Below, in pieces: positions 26,961 to 52,612 of a stretch of 64,000 nt of DNA. The notes beneath the pieces were generated by a model. It worked only from the letters and a program-made list of their open reading frames with translations. It did no database searches and had not been told where the DNA came from. Positions within the stretch are counted from its first letter, which is position 1; each line of letters opens with the position of its first letter. Source of the stretch: Lama guanicoe (lineage: Eukaryota); assembly GCA_013239625.1 (NCBI GenBank), contig MU053136.1, forward strand, positions 80,017-144,016, in the 5' to 3' direction. The translations under genes were made by a program, and so were the position numbers.

Positions 26961-29094
26961 AGGAGAATAGGTGTGTGAATGGGAGTGTGGAGGGGTGAGC
27001 TCGTGGGGATGGAAGGTGAGTGGTCAAAGACGCAGGTGCACTAGGGAGGGAGAGGCTGCAAAATGGGAATGTGAAAGACAGAGCTATGCAACGGTCCGAG
27101 GTGATGGAGGTGAGTGAGCAAGAGATGGACTCAAGCAATAAGCATTTTTACACAAAAGATTGAAAAGTGTGCATGGTGTGGGACTGTGGAAAATAGATGA
27201 GTATGTAAGGGATGGAACTGGATTGTATGAGAAACAAAAGTGTGTAATGGTCATATGTGAGTAAAGTGAGTGCGCAAGAGAGACTGGAGTGCTAAAGGGA
27301 TGAGGATCTTTCCTGGTACTCTCACTGCACTGAAGTGAACAACACACACACGCTTAGCTCTTTGCTTTTACGGGGGGGGGGTTGTCTTGACCCTGAGAAC
27401 CACCTGTACCTCCTCATCACATTATTTCTACCTTACACTTAACATCCTCCCTCACCTTCCCTTTCCAGTGCTGAGGGAAAAAGAATTCCAAGGGAGCCCA
27501 TTGGGTCAAATACACTGGGAAAAAAATAATTAGTAAAAGAGTAATTAACAGGAGAAGGGAGGATATGGAATCAGGGACAGACTGCCAAACTAAGGCTCCT
27601 CACTAGAAAGTAATTAGGGAGAGTAATGCTCTTATGAAGCATTCGTAAGATATGAAATATCCAAAATATTTTGGATGGGTGAATGAATGAATCAGAAAAA
27701 GGGGCTGGAACCCAAGCCAACATAGAGAATGACTTCTATTTTAAATAGATACTGAGTTGTAGTGGGCTTATGTGAATGGTAAGGCTATAGTGGACCCTGC
27801 TGGTTTAAGAAGGAAGTTTGACACACTCAGAAACACTTAGCCTTCCAGAAGGTTTACAAATCAAACAATCCTAGCAAGACAGACAATAAAACATTCTCCT
27901 CACAAGCCTCTTAGCCAGTTCAGACCTTAAGATCTTTGTTGCTAGTGTCCCAGCTGCCCTTGCCAGCAAGGGCCCAGGGCTACAACTATCAATCAGAATG
28001 CAAAGAGGGGGAATCTGTACTGACATGTCTTCCATTTTGCTCTGGAGCATGGTTCATACCCATCTGAAGCCTGAACTCTTATATTCTCTGCCAGATCGTT
28101 AAGGAGAATAGAAGTTAGGGTGCAAGGAGAGCAAATAGAGTAATAGCACGATTTCAGATTTTAGATAATTTCTCACAAATGAGACACTGATCCTTTACTC
28201 CCATCCCCCAAAGTGTTGGAAGATAAAGTTGGAGCCAGTAAGACAAAGGGAGCCAGCGAAACCTGTCTGTTGTCTACTTAGGTGTCTGTGAACAGAAACT
28301 ATTTGGCAAAAGTCTGTATTTCAAGCAAGAGCAAGGGCTAAGAAAGCTTGCACTGGGGGGAAAGAGGGAAGCACAATGACCCCATATAAGGAGTTGAAAG
28401 TTTTGTGGAAGGGCACAAGTCATTCTCATGCAATGTGGTGGTAACCTCCTTGCATATGCTCACTCCTATATCTGTATATCTATGTGATGTATATAATATC
28501 ATACCCACATATACATATACGCACACATGTGTATCATAGTATCTTAGTGCTGAAAAGAATCTTAAAGGTCAAGTATTCCTGTTTCTGGCTCGTCAATAAC
28601 TTCTCTGCCAGAAGGCATCTGGTCTCTGCTTTAAGGCTCCCAAGAAGTGGAAGCTGGGAGGAGGGGAGGGCATTACCTTGCCACTCTTTCCGTTGGATTA
28701 CTATATTAATCTGTTTTCCATCAGTCCTTGAATCCTACTTTTGCCCTCAGATGCCTACTGTCTACTCTCTATTTTACAAGACCACACAGTTAGCTGTATC
28801 TTTACAGATAGCCTTATCACTGCTTTAAAGGGCTAGTGCCTGAGACACCGAAAAACCTCACAAAACCCCCACATGCGCACAGGAAGCAAGCACTCAGTAA
28901 AAATGTGTTGAGTGAGTGAAAGAAACAAAGACACAAATGAGACTGTCTTCCGATTCGGTGAAGCAGAAAGCCACCAGCACCACCTCTCGTCCCCGGACCC
29001 CATGCCCGCATACTGAGAGTGAGAGACGTGTAGCGAGACTGGAGATGCGCTCAGGCTCAGCCTGAAGCCTAGAGTTGGGATCTGGGTGGCCTTG

Positions 29095-29415
29095 GTTGCC
29101 ATGGCACCGCAATGGTCTCCACCCTCTCTCTTCTTTCTCCCCACACCCCCGCCAAAGTTACGGCAGCCAGTCACGTGCCCTGCCGCGTAACCACACCTCT
29201 GCTCCTCAGAGCAAAGTCAAGTGGTCACGTGTGATAGCAACAGATCACGTGGCTGCCATCGCCCCTCCGCCCCTTTCCCCTCCCCGCCCCGTTCCTAGTC
29301 AAAGCCGCTCCCGGCTGCCCCTCTGCGCATGAGTAGTCTGGTCACGTGCTCCGAACGTCCGGCGTTCGCCCCGCCCCCCCGGTTTCCGCGCGCCTCTTTG
29401 GCAGCTGGTCACATG
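29095..29415 (+). promoter_or_regulatory. CDK4 promoter: four CACGTG E-boxes, an E2F-like site and an X-box
   Basis: CACGTG at 29172, 29226, 29246, 29343 (matching the known four MYC sites of CDK4); TTTCCGCGCG at about 29383; GTTGCCATGGCACC at 29095. Confidence 0.85.
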
Positions 29416-29579
29416 GTGAGGGTGGGGGAACAGGGGGCCGCTCTAGCCTGCGGCCTGTGTCTATGGTCGGGCCCGTAGCGTCCAGCTGCCCCGGACAGAG
29501 CGCGAGTGTATGGCGCCACAAGAACCGGCTCCGGGGCCCCGATAACGGGCCGCCCCCGCAGCTCCCGGAACGGGGCGAG
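29350..29579 (+). other. CDK4: CDK4 non-coding exon 1 (5' end approximate)
   Basis: Ends at GAG|GTAAGT (29579/29580); splices to acceptor TAG|30026. Confidence 0.75.
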
Positions 29580-29987
29580 GTAAGTGTAACCCCTTTCTAG
29601 GAATGGGGACCATTCTCGTCCTCCACGGTGTCTTGCGCGGGCTGGTTATGAAGGGTCGCTCGAGGGCGGGAAGTGGGGCAGGGCGTAATCTGTCCCTTTG
29701 TGGTCGTAGGGAGGTGTAATTTCAGAGACTGGGTGTAGGGTCTTCGATGCAGGGGGTGTGTCGTGTGGGATTTCCCTTGTGCGGGGCTCGATGGTCCCCA
29801 AGGAAAAGACACTTTATTCTAGGGTTTCACGTGGCTGGAGGGGTTGGGGTTAGTGTCATTGTGTTACCTGGTGGGGGCCGGCCTCATGGAAGCTTGGGGA
29901 AGGGACGAGATGCTGTTGCTGTTGTCTTTGTAATGTCTTTTGTGGGAGTTACTTTGTTGCTGCAGGCTCATACCATCTGAACTCTGA

Positions 29988-31974
<1,987 letters not shown>

Positions 31975-32323
31975 GCCAAGAAATGGTTGCAACAGAACGA
32001 AGAAGAGAAGCCGACATTTCCCTTTGAACACTTGAGGGCAGAGCCCCCCACTGAGAAGGCGACCTCTGCCTTCATCTCGGAGGCTGTGGAGACTCCTCCT
32101 CCAACGTTTTACCAAGAATATTTTGCTGCCTTAACGACATTCCCTTCCCACCCCTCCTTTTAAGGCTTATCCTTCTGCCACCCATTTCCCTACACCAAGG
32201 GGTATATCCCCTTCTCTCCCATTTTATACAGGAAAAAACAAAACAAAGAAATATGGTCTTTTTTTTTTTTTTAATATTTTTTCTTTCTATTTGCTTTACC
32301 TTTTGGGTATCTTTAAACACCTT

Positions 32324-32539
32324 NNNNNNNNNNNNNNNNNNNNNNNNNNNNNNNNNNNNNNNNNNNNNNNNNNNNNNNNNNNNNNNNNNNNNNNNNNNNN
32401 NNNNNNNNNNNNNNNNNNNNNNNNNNNNNNNNNNNNNNNNNNNNNNNNNNNNNNNNNNNNNNNNNNNNNNNNNNNNNNNNNNNNNNNNNNNNNNNNNNNN
32501 NNNNNNNNNNNNNNNNNNNNNNNNNNNNNNNNNNNNNNN
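32324..32539. other. Assembly gap (216 N)
   Basis: Run of N flanked by near-duplicate sequence. Confidence 0.99.
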
Positions 32540-33181
32540 TTTTTTTTTTTTTTAATGTTTCTTCCTTCGATTGGCTTTACCATTTGGGGATCTGAAAACA
32601 CCATTTGGAAGATGGAACTTCCCTGCAGAATCTTACAGATTCTCCTTAGATCGCAAGGCCTACACAGTCAGTGGAGCCCCTCAATTGGCAAAAGAGAAAA
32701 AGAAAAAGAGGCACTTAGATTGCTTCCTTGGATGTGGAGTTCAAATGGCTTTTATTTTTATAGTTACTGAGCTTCCCCCAACTGGGTCTTGCTTATTACA
32801 AGAGTTCTTGGTGGCTTTCTCTCTGGCTCTGTCCCCGATTTGCCCTTGGAGCCAGGATGTGTTGAGGTGGTCCAGCATGTGGAAGAGAGAAGAGGGAGAA
32901 GAGCCAGGGATGATTCCAACCCCCATGCCACCCCATGGACTCCCAGAAGCTTCCCGTGTCCACTTAGGGAGAGAGGAAGGAAGGTTTTCTTTACTCTTTA
33001 TAATCTTGCTCCCACCAAAACATGTCAAGGCATAAAACCTAGCTAGTTATCTTTAGGGAACATGGCGTAGGGCCTTTCCTTCTTCTCAAAAAGGGCTTTA
33101 GATCCCATGTTTTCCCTAAGGGAGGGAGAAAAAGCTTAGGGAGAACAGACAGCAGGAGAGAAGTCAGAAGGATCCAGAGTC

Positions 33182-35338
33182 TCATAGAAAGGCACTGGGG
33201 TTGGCTCGAGGATCTTTCTGATTCCGAAATCTCATCGCTAGCCAAACACCAAGGATCTGTAGAAGCAAAGGAAAGAGATAAGCACCAACTCTGAATCTCT
33301 GGGGCTAAGGCCTGAAGACAGAGAGGGTATGTATTAGGGAACTGGAGAATGTTACCTCTGTGAAGCTGAAGAAGAGTCCAACACCCCCCAGAATTTTCAG
33401 GGCTTCATCTGAGTGCTTAAGAAGCTTTTCGCCACACATCTGGCATGTGGGGCTCCTGCTCTTGCAGATCTGAGGAAAAGATGAACACGTCTGTTTGGAG
33501 GATGCAGGGTTGCTAAGCTGCTCTATCCTAATACTTATGGGGATGGCCCTAGAAATTGTTTTTCCAGTTTCTGATCAGTATGCTACAGACTGGAATCCCA
33601 CTTGGCTAAATCTCCAGCTTTTGTATCCATCCTCCAACCCCCACCAGCACACACCCCCAAGATAAGTGTGCTGCTGGAGAGAGGCATTCACATTCAAACT
33701 CAAACCTGCCAATTTGGGCATTGTCCTTACCCAGTTTTCCTAACCCTCCCCCAGTTTCCCAAACCAACTCACTGCAGTGCAGAAAGCGTAATCTTGTTGA
33801 TCCAGGGCTGTGAGGTTGAACAAGCCACAGCAATCAAAACTTCTTTCCAGTTCATCCCGGGTCTTATTGCTCATGACCCACCAAGAAGCATTAATGACGT
33901 CTGTCTGGAGGATACAAGCAGAGGGAAATTATTTGATGCTGCTAACCTTAAGAATCTCCCCTACAAATCCCCCCTAAGAATCCTGATCCCAGGTCAAGTG
34001 CCTCAATTTCCCTGTTGGAGCAAAGGGAGTTAACGTCCTTTAGAAGCGAAGGTGCAGGCACTACAACTATCCACCTCCTTCTGGATCATCCTCATGGATG
34101 ATTAGCCAGACCTTCCAGAGAAGCATATGGCTCAAGTCTGGACGTAGTGGACCTAAGAATGATCTTTAGGGTCAGACTGAGAGTAAGGAGTTGGGGGGGG
34201 TGAAGTGGGGGGAGAAGCAAGTATTTGAAAGGGCGCCTTCTTACCTGTTTACTTAGGTTAATAGCCAGACATGAGCAAGAGATTACAAACTGGAAGACGA
34301 AGACCAAACCAAGGATGATCATGTACTGAGAGGAAGAGTTACGGGAAAAAAAATTCCTAGATTCCTTTGTTCCACCTGCAAAAACCATCAGAACTCATCT
34401 ATTCATACAATTTGTACAACCATGTCAGTTGAAAACAATAAAATCGTCAATTTTTGTTTCATAGACAATAGGGGAGGGCAAGGAGACACCCCCAAGATCC
34501 CTGAGGTTTCCTAGCCTCTCTTAATTTCTTCCTAGTTGACTCAGCCCTCCCAAAAGCTCCCATCACTTCAGGTCAGGATACAAAGAATAGCAGTACTTGG
34601 TGGTGGTTGATAGCACCCACCAGTCCAGCTACCGCGATGAGAAGAAGGAAGACTCCCACAGCAATGACTCCTCCGACGATGTGGATGCTGGACACCAGAC
34701 CAAGGCCCTTAGCCCAGGCAGCCACTCCAATGAGCAGCAAGCCTACCAGCTAGGGGAAACAAAGAGCAAGATACATCTCAAAGAATTCTAGTGTGCAGCA
34801 CAGCTAAAAATCATGCGCGGGGGAGGGGGGAGAGCTTGGGCAAAAATGGAGAACTAGGTTGTGTGTGAATGAGGGAGAGGAGGTGATTTCAGGGCCAGGA
34901 GCATCCCTGGGCACCCCCATTGGAGGTCATAATGGCTGGAATGGGGTGGGAGGTGGCAAAGATAGTGGAGTCTGGGAATATAAAACGGAACATTTGCCTT
35001 CATCCATCACTTCTATTTTGGGAGAAACCGAAGTTCACAGGAGGGAGGGCTGGGCCTTTATGCCTCAGTTTATTACTGCCACCCCCAGACAAACCCTCTG
35101 ATCACCGGAAGTCTCCCCTCTTCCCACGGAAGTCCCCAGGAATTCCCTCTTCGCCGGAAGTCCCCAGGAATTTTCCCGGAACCCCCAGTACACCCCTCTC
35201 CCCACCGGAAGTCCCCTAGAGATTCTTCCCATTTGCCTTTCGGCCCTGAAGCTTCCCCCACCTCCAAAACCTCACCATGTAGACCACGTTGAGCGCGCAC
35301 AGCGCATTCTTGGAGCAGGCAAATCCTCCGCAAACCAT
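33182..35338 (-). CDS. TSPAN31: Tetraspanin-31 (SAS), 6 exons, 210 aa
   Basis: Exons 35276-35338, 34582-34749, 34245-34325, 33773-33904, 33356-33469, 33182-33256 (633 nt). N-terminus [24 protein letters not shown] motif, C-terminus ANPSAFL; AATAAA (minus) at 32751-32756. Confidence 0.97.
35105..35216. repeat. Degenerate tandem array of CGGAAGTCCCC units in TSPAN31 intron 1
   Basis: Five related units starting at 35105, 35126, 35154, 35176 and 35205. Confidence 0.75.
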
Positions 35339-36179
35339 CTCCCCAGCTTTGGGGACCCAAGTGGTCCCAAGGACTTGGGGGGAGGGTCTTGGGAACTGTC
35401 TTCTTGGACCCCGGCAGCTTCTGTCTCTTTAAATCGAGTCCAGCCAAACCTAATCCTCTGCGCCTGCACCGTCCCACCCCTGCTTTTGGATTGGCGAAAC
35501 TCAGGGCTAATCCAGGACTTCGATGGCTTGAATGCCAATCAATCTGTACTGTGTCACTGACCCGCCTACCGGCTCCTCCTAAAGGTTTTTTTACTGGATG
35601 AAACTTAAAACTGGAGGCAGGCCCTCCAGAGATTCTCATAGAGACCAGAGCCTAAACTTCAAAACCCCGGATTGAAAACGGAGCTTTCTGTGATCGCAGA
35701 TGGAGGAAAGCTAATCCGAGGGGAAGGCTCTGGAGAAACTCTGGTGAAGAGACAGAAGGTGTTGCTTCTAGAGCAGGGTGAAATGTGAAAAGCAGCAGCC
35801 TCGGGCCGGCGCACTGCTATATGTGACAAAGCCACAGGTACAGACATGAGTGTGCTGGCATCTTAGGAGCACATTCCTGATCCTGGGTTCATAAAAAAAA
35901 AAATGACAAAGGGAGGGGTCTTGACTACGAATAAGTATGAGAGGAAGGAGAAGTCTCCACATTTTCACTTTAGGGGCGGGCATTGTGGCTGATGAATATA
36001 TGTTTATTATTGGATGCTTTGGCACACTGGGATAGGAAAACATACAGTTCCTCTTTCCTCCAGGAAAGAGGCAGTCATAGTAGAAACACAAATGAAAAAC
36101 CTCCCTTCAATTTTACAGAATGATTTACATTAGTGTGTACTGAGATTCCACGACTGCATAAGTGGCATTGTCTTACTGC

Positions 36180-36390
36180 GAGAGTCAGACTGCATGGGTT
36201 CCAACTTTGCCACTTACTAGCCATGTAAACTTCGGACAGTTATTTAAGTTCCCTGTGCCTATTTCCTCATCTGTAAAATAGGGATAAATAACAACACACC
36301 TACCTCCTGGGTTGCTGTGAAAACTGAATGAGTTAATGCACGTAGAATGCTTAGAACCGTACCTGGCACATAGTAAACACTCATTGTTAG
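36180..36390 (+). mobile_element. MIR SINE
   Basis: 'gagtcagactgcatgggttc..ccacttactagc..tttcctcatctgtaaaataggg..cttagaaccgtacctggcacatagtaa'. Confidence 0.85.
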
Positions 36391-36435
36391 TTATTATTGT
36401 TCAGGCTGTTTTCAGGTTCCAATGGGTAATCCCAA

Positions 36436-36471
36436 CCCTAATTCTCTTATCTCCCCTAATTCTCTTATCTC
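36436..36471. repeat. Perfect 18-bp tandem duplication
   Basis: CCCTAATTCTCTTATCTC x2. Confidence 0.9.
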
Positions 36472-37621
36472 CAACTACACGCTCACATATTATAATCCTC
36501 TATCCTTTATAAATTTATATCAATAAGATACGCAGGAGAAGAGACATTTGGCAGGGTCAGAAAGGTTTGAGTCCTGAAACAAAGTGATTAGATCAAACTA
36601 TCCACTCTTTTCCCCTTCATCTGATCCTGCATCTTCATTCTTTCCCTCAATTCCTCATCCACTCTCTTCTTTCCATTTCCTAAATCAAGGGCAAGACAGT
36701 GGTATTAAGGATAAGGGGAACTGGTTGGCAAGCATCTTGGCTGTGTGGTGTAGTGAGAAGGGCATCAGAATTACGATCGGAAAACCTAGATCAGTATCTT
36801 TGTTTCACCTCTTATTGGCCTCTCTGAGCTTCAGTTTCCTTTTCTGCAGAATAGGGATAAAAATACTGCCCCTTTGGGCCTGTCATGAAGATGATGTACA
36901 TGAAAATATGTTGTAAACTATTAAGTGTTATAGACAAGTTAATTATTATGAAAGCAATTGAACATGGAGCATGGTGGTTTTATCTAGTTATAGGTTACTG
37001 TCTTCTATAACCTGTTCTCCCTGTAACTACTTGACCCTTTTAAGCAGGAGGCAGTTACAGTGGGTTAGCCAACCAAAGGAGGGTTACCTTGCAAGGCGTA
37101 AGTATGCAAGCTCTTTGGATACACAGAGTGGGTGGTGAGTACAACTAAGCTGGAATGCAGGATGTTAAAGGTGCCAGACCAAGTGTGTATGGATTCCTGT
37201 GAGAGTTTGAGACTGAACATAAACCTTGGTAGGTCACCAAGAGTTTAGGATTGCACCTGGGACCAGACATGCCACGTTCTCCCAGCAGCAACACCCATCT
37301 TAATTAGCCACCTCCCATGGGAGGCCCTAGGATGCTTGTTAAGGTATCTCCATCCACCTGTCTGGGGAATCGTAGCAGGGGCAGGCTGGCAGAGCCGATA
37401 AGCCAACGCTAGAGGGGGTGGGTGGTGCAGGAGGTAGTGCTGACCCAGGCTGTGGGTTTGAAACTCACCAGTCAGGAAGTGAAGTCGACAGACGGAAGGG
37501 CGGGCAGGGGCGGGGAGTTCTGGGGCACAGCAGAAGGGGCCTTTTGGCATTTGGGGGCTGCAGGGACATGGGCCTCGGGACCAGAGGTTGCTGTTAGCCC
37601 AGCGGGACAAGTCTGGGCAAC

Positions 37622-37781
37622 ATGCATGCCCAGAGGCAGTTGGCTGTAGCTGCAGTGAGAGCAGAAGTCAGACGACATGAGGTGGCCAGGCGGGCTCTAA
37701 GCCGCCTCAGGAAGCTGGCAGAGAGGGTGAGCGACTCTGAACTTCGGGACAGCATTCAGGCCTCACTGGAAGTCGTACAAG
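37622..37781 (+). CDS. AGAP2: AGAP2 alternative first coding exon (PIKE-A/GGAP2 isoform)
   Basis: MHAQRQLAVAAVRAEVRRHEVARRALSRLRKLAERV..; 160 nt ending AAG|GTAAGA in phase 1, compatible with the exon at 44312. Confidence 0.92.
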
Positions 37782-40700
37782 GTAAGATAAGGGTTAGCTC
37801 CCAACTTGGGTGTATTGGGGACCAGCAAGGACATAGAAGGGCTTGCTGGTCATACATCACTTTCCAATCAGCCACTTTCTAGTCTGCAAGATGGAGCTGG
37901 GAATCTGGGGAAGAATACATTTGGAAAGGATGGAAACAGACATGGGAGGTGTCATTCTTCCTCTTCCCCCAACTCTGATCCTTCTCTTTTCTCAGGGGAT
38001 CAAAATACAGGTCATTGCTGAGCTGACCTTGGCAATGGAGAAGTGGGTGAGCATGGGGAGAGCAGGCCATGGCAGACCCATGGTAGTCTTGGACCCTGCT
38101 TGGAAAGTCCAGGGTGGGAAGAAGTCTAGGGCAGGAGGTTCTGGGACTGGATAATGTGGTCATTCCTAGGACTCATGAAGGATCAGTGACCTCTTGTTCT
38201 CCAGCTGTAGAGAGAAAACACACAACACACACACACACACACACCCCACATTGAAATACACCACGCAAAGAATCTCAGGCTCCCAGGGACACACCAACAC
38301 TCAACACATCATGCTCTGTGCAGCCAAAGTGCAGAGAAGTCCCCAGAATTCTTCTCGGCCTCCTTTTGTCCCCGTGCTCCTGTTCCTGTCTTCCCCCACA
38401 CACACACCTTCCGCTCTACCTCCTTAGTGCCATTAGAGCAAGTGATGACAACACAGGGAGGAAGTGCTGCCATGGCAACACCATCCGCCACATCCTCCTA
38501 CCCACCCCTGCCTTCAGTCTTGTGGTGGGGCCCTGGCAGAAACAGCTTCTCTCTATCCACAAGGCCCCACCACTAAGGAACTGGTGGAGCTGGAGGTCTT
38601 CTCCAGTCTGCTCTCATCTCATTTGCCTCTGAGGCTACAAACAGCTATAAAAGCTGGCTACTTTGTTCAGGAAAGGTGTCTGGGAGAAACACATCCTCCA
38701 TCATATCCTGGTCTCTTCCAGCCTCTCCATTCTTAGTTGCCTACCTGGGGGTGGGGGTGGGGCAAGAAGGCAAGAGACCATTCTTTTCATCAAGGATACC
38801 TCCTGATGGCAGAGGCCATCAGAGCATAACTTGAAGAAGGAAGAGTTTAGCTCAGGTTCCTAAGGGAAGAGCCTGATCCCTTCCTATTGCCCTTCTGTGA
38901 CTGGTGCCCCTCTCATCTCCCGCCCCCCACCCTTTGTCAGGAACTACAGCTGATACTTTCCCTGCAGTCTTAGCGGCTGGAACTGCAGACCTGGGGGAGT
39001 GGCCCCATGAGGCCTCCCAGAGAGGAACTCCAAGCCCCACCTCTGTAGGGGGAAAAAAAGAGGGGGTAGGAGAGAAGTTCAGGCCAGGTAGAGGAATTCA
39101 GTTTAGCTCTGGAGAGGAGCAAGTGAGGAGGGGTGGAGGCTGAGCTCTCTGAAAAGACCACTCTTCATAAGTGATTTGTTCCACTCCTTCCCTAAGAGTC
39201 AGCATTCTGTTCCCATTGAACATAAAGGAAAACTGAGGCCACCAAAGGAAGAAAGGAAAATTAAGAAACAACAAATCGTCACCCTCTCTTTTGGAAAAGG
39301 TTGCTGAAGGGTCTCCTGTTCTGGGGATGGTGTCATCCTACTGCTGGGGGGGGGGCGGTAGGAGGGGTGCAGCACTGGGGAGGGCTGCTGACCTCCAGAC
39401 AGGACTGCGTAGGGATTGGGTACGGGTCTTAGGGAGAACAAACGGCATCCAGCATCCTGGTACCACCCCCTTACCCCCTGCCAGGCGGAGCACGCTGCCG
39501 CCGGCTCCTGCCTCCGAGAGCCGCCCACGACAGCACTTATTATAGTCTCCGCTGCGTCAGGAGGGTGGAACGCCAAATTAGGGGAACGCTGAGACTCCCC
39601 GAGTGCCGGGGAGGGGTCTCCAAGTCTGAGGGGAGGCCTCCTCCAACTCCCGCCCCGCAGCGGTTGGTCTCAGTCTCTGCTCCCCATTGCCCTAACCCCT
39701 TCAACCTTCGCCTGGGCTGGAGGACAGTTAGCCTTCAACTCCAGGGTCTCTACAGAGGTGGAGGACACAGAGCAGACGTTTCCCGTTCTCTCTGTCTATC
39801 TCCTTTTTAACCTTCTAAAAGAGCCCCACCCCAAAAGCCTCAGGAGACTGAATGGAAACCAGAAGAGGCCTGTTAGCGCTGCCTCAGCTGAGAGGGTCTT
39901 TATATTCGGGGAGCTAAATACCCCACACGTGGGTAATCAGGTGTGAAGGTGATGCCTTCTTTAACCCCAAATCCCATGGCAGGTGCCCCCACCCAACATA
40001 CCCACCGATCCTCCTCTCTGCTTATCCCCGCTGTTTCCGAGGCACTCTTGGAGCTACGGTTGCTATGGAGACAGGATGCATTTTGGTATGGGGGGGAGTG
40101 GCGTCAATCTGTAGACGTATTCCTTCTCCTTCTACCCCGAGCTGGAACATTTTGATTCACTTTTCGGCCTGGGCTCCTCGACCTTGCAGATCTCTCCCCT
40201 CCTGAAGCACCCCCCTCCTTTCACCCACCCTGCTAAGTTCCATATTTGTCCCCATCCCCAGGGAACACTTTCCAAGTTCACTTTGGGACAGTTAGGCTCA
40301 AGTCGAGGCCGGGTCAATCTGTTGCGTGTGGAGGGTGGAGGTGGTTGAAGGGGCTGGGTCTTGGGGAAAGAAACTACGTGAGAGTACTTGGAAGAAACAA
40401 GGGGTCCTGGGAAAGGGATTTCAGGGCTCCCCACTTTCTCACGTCAGCTTCCCCAGGATTGGCAGTAAACCCGTGTTTGCTCCGTTTTCGCTCAGGACTG
40501 TCCACCCATAAACCGATTTTTACTCTTGTCCCTAAATGCCACACCTAACAGTAGATCTCCCTAACCGTGGTGTGCCAGGGGAAGGGGCTAGAGTTTTGGA
40601 GGAGGTGAGTCCAAGTTCCAAGAAATCCAGCCCAGGATTTGGGAGGGAAATCCAGTCCTGGATTTTGCACCGCCTTCGCAGACAGCCGTGCTGGTGGAGA

Positions 40701-41469
40701 GAAGGTGGGGGGGAGGTAGGGTGGGGGGGCGGGGGGCCGCCTCCTCCTCACTGTGAGGGGAGCGCCCGGACACAGCGCGCATCCGGACCGAGCCGAGCCC
40801 TGGCGAGCCCCCGGACCCTGCTCCCGGATCTCACGCCCCTCCCCTCCCAGACCCCAGACCCGTGGGCTCCCATCCCCTCTGGCTTCCCTCCTTCCTCCCC
40901 CACCGGCGCCTGTATCTCCATCCCCAGCATCCTCCTGGCGCCCCAGCGAATCCCCCGCACGACCAGCTCCATTAGCTTCCTACCTTCCTAAAGACCCCCC
41001 TCTCCGACCCCTATCCGCAGCCCCTGTCCCTTGAGTCCCCATTCCCCGCCCCTGCCTCCCCCGCACCAGTTCTTCTCCCTTAGCTTCGGGTTCCTCTTTT
41101 CTGCCCCCTTTTCCTCCCTCTCCCCTATTTGCCCCCACTACAGTCCTCCCCGCCCTCCCCCGCCCATCTCAGCGCTCCTACCCAGGCCGGGGTGCAGGGT
41201 CCGGAGCGCCTCCCTGGAGCAGCACCAAGGTCCCAGGGCTCCAACGGGGTGGGGGCGCAGGGCGGGGAGCATGGGGAGGGGGCGCCCCGTGTGATGGGAG
41301 GGGGGCGCAAGCGGAGGCGGCGGAGGCGGCGGCGACAGCGGAGCCGGGCCGGGGGCTCAGCGGGGTCCGGGGGCTGGGGGCAGCGAGCAGGGCGGCCCCA
41401 TGGCCGGGCCCCCCTGAGGCAGTCCGGGGGAGTCCCCTCCCCTCCCCAGCTCGGGGGTCTCGGGGCCCC

Positions 41470-52612
<11,143 letters not shown>

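Noticed and set aside
25769..27138. Several 150-380 aa Pro/Gly/Arg-rich ORFs
   Set aside because: By-products of extreme GC content around MARCHF9 exon 1.
32253..32770. ORFs containing poly-X
   Set aside because: Artefacts of translating the N-gap.
35105..35216. CRISPR-like repeat-spacer array
   Set aside because: Eukaryotic intron; units are short and degenerate, the spacers are related to each other, and no cas genes are present.
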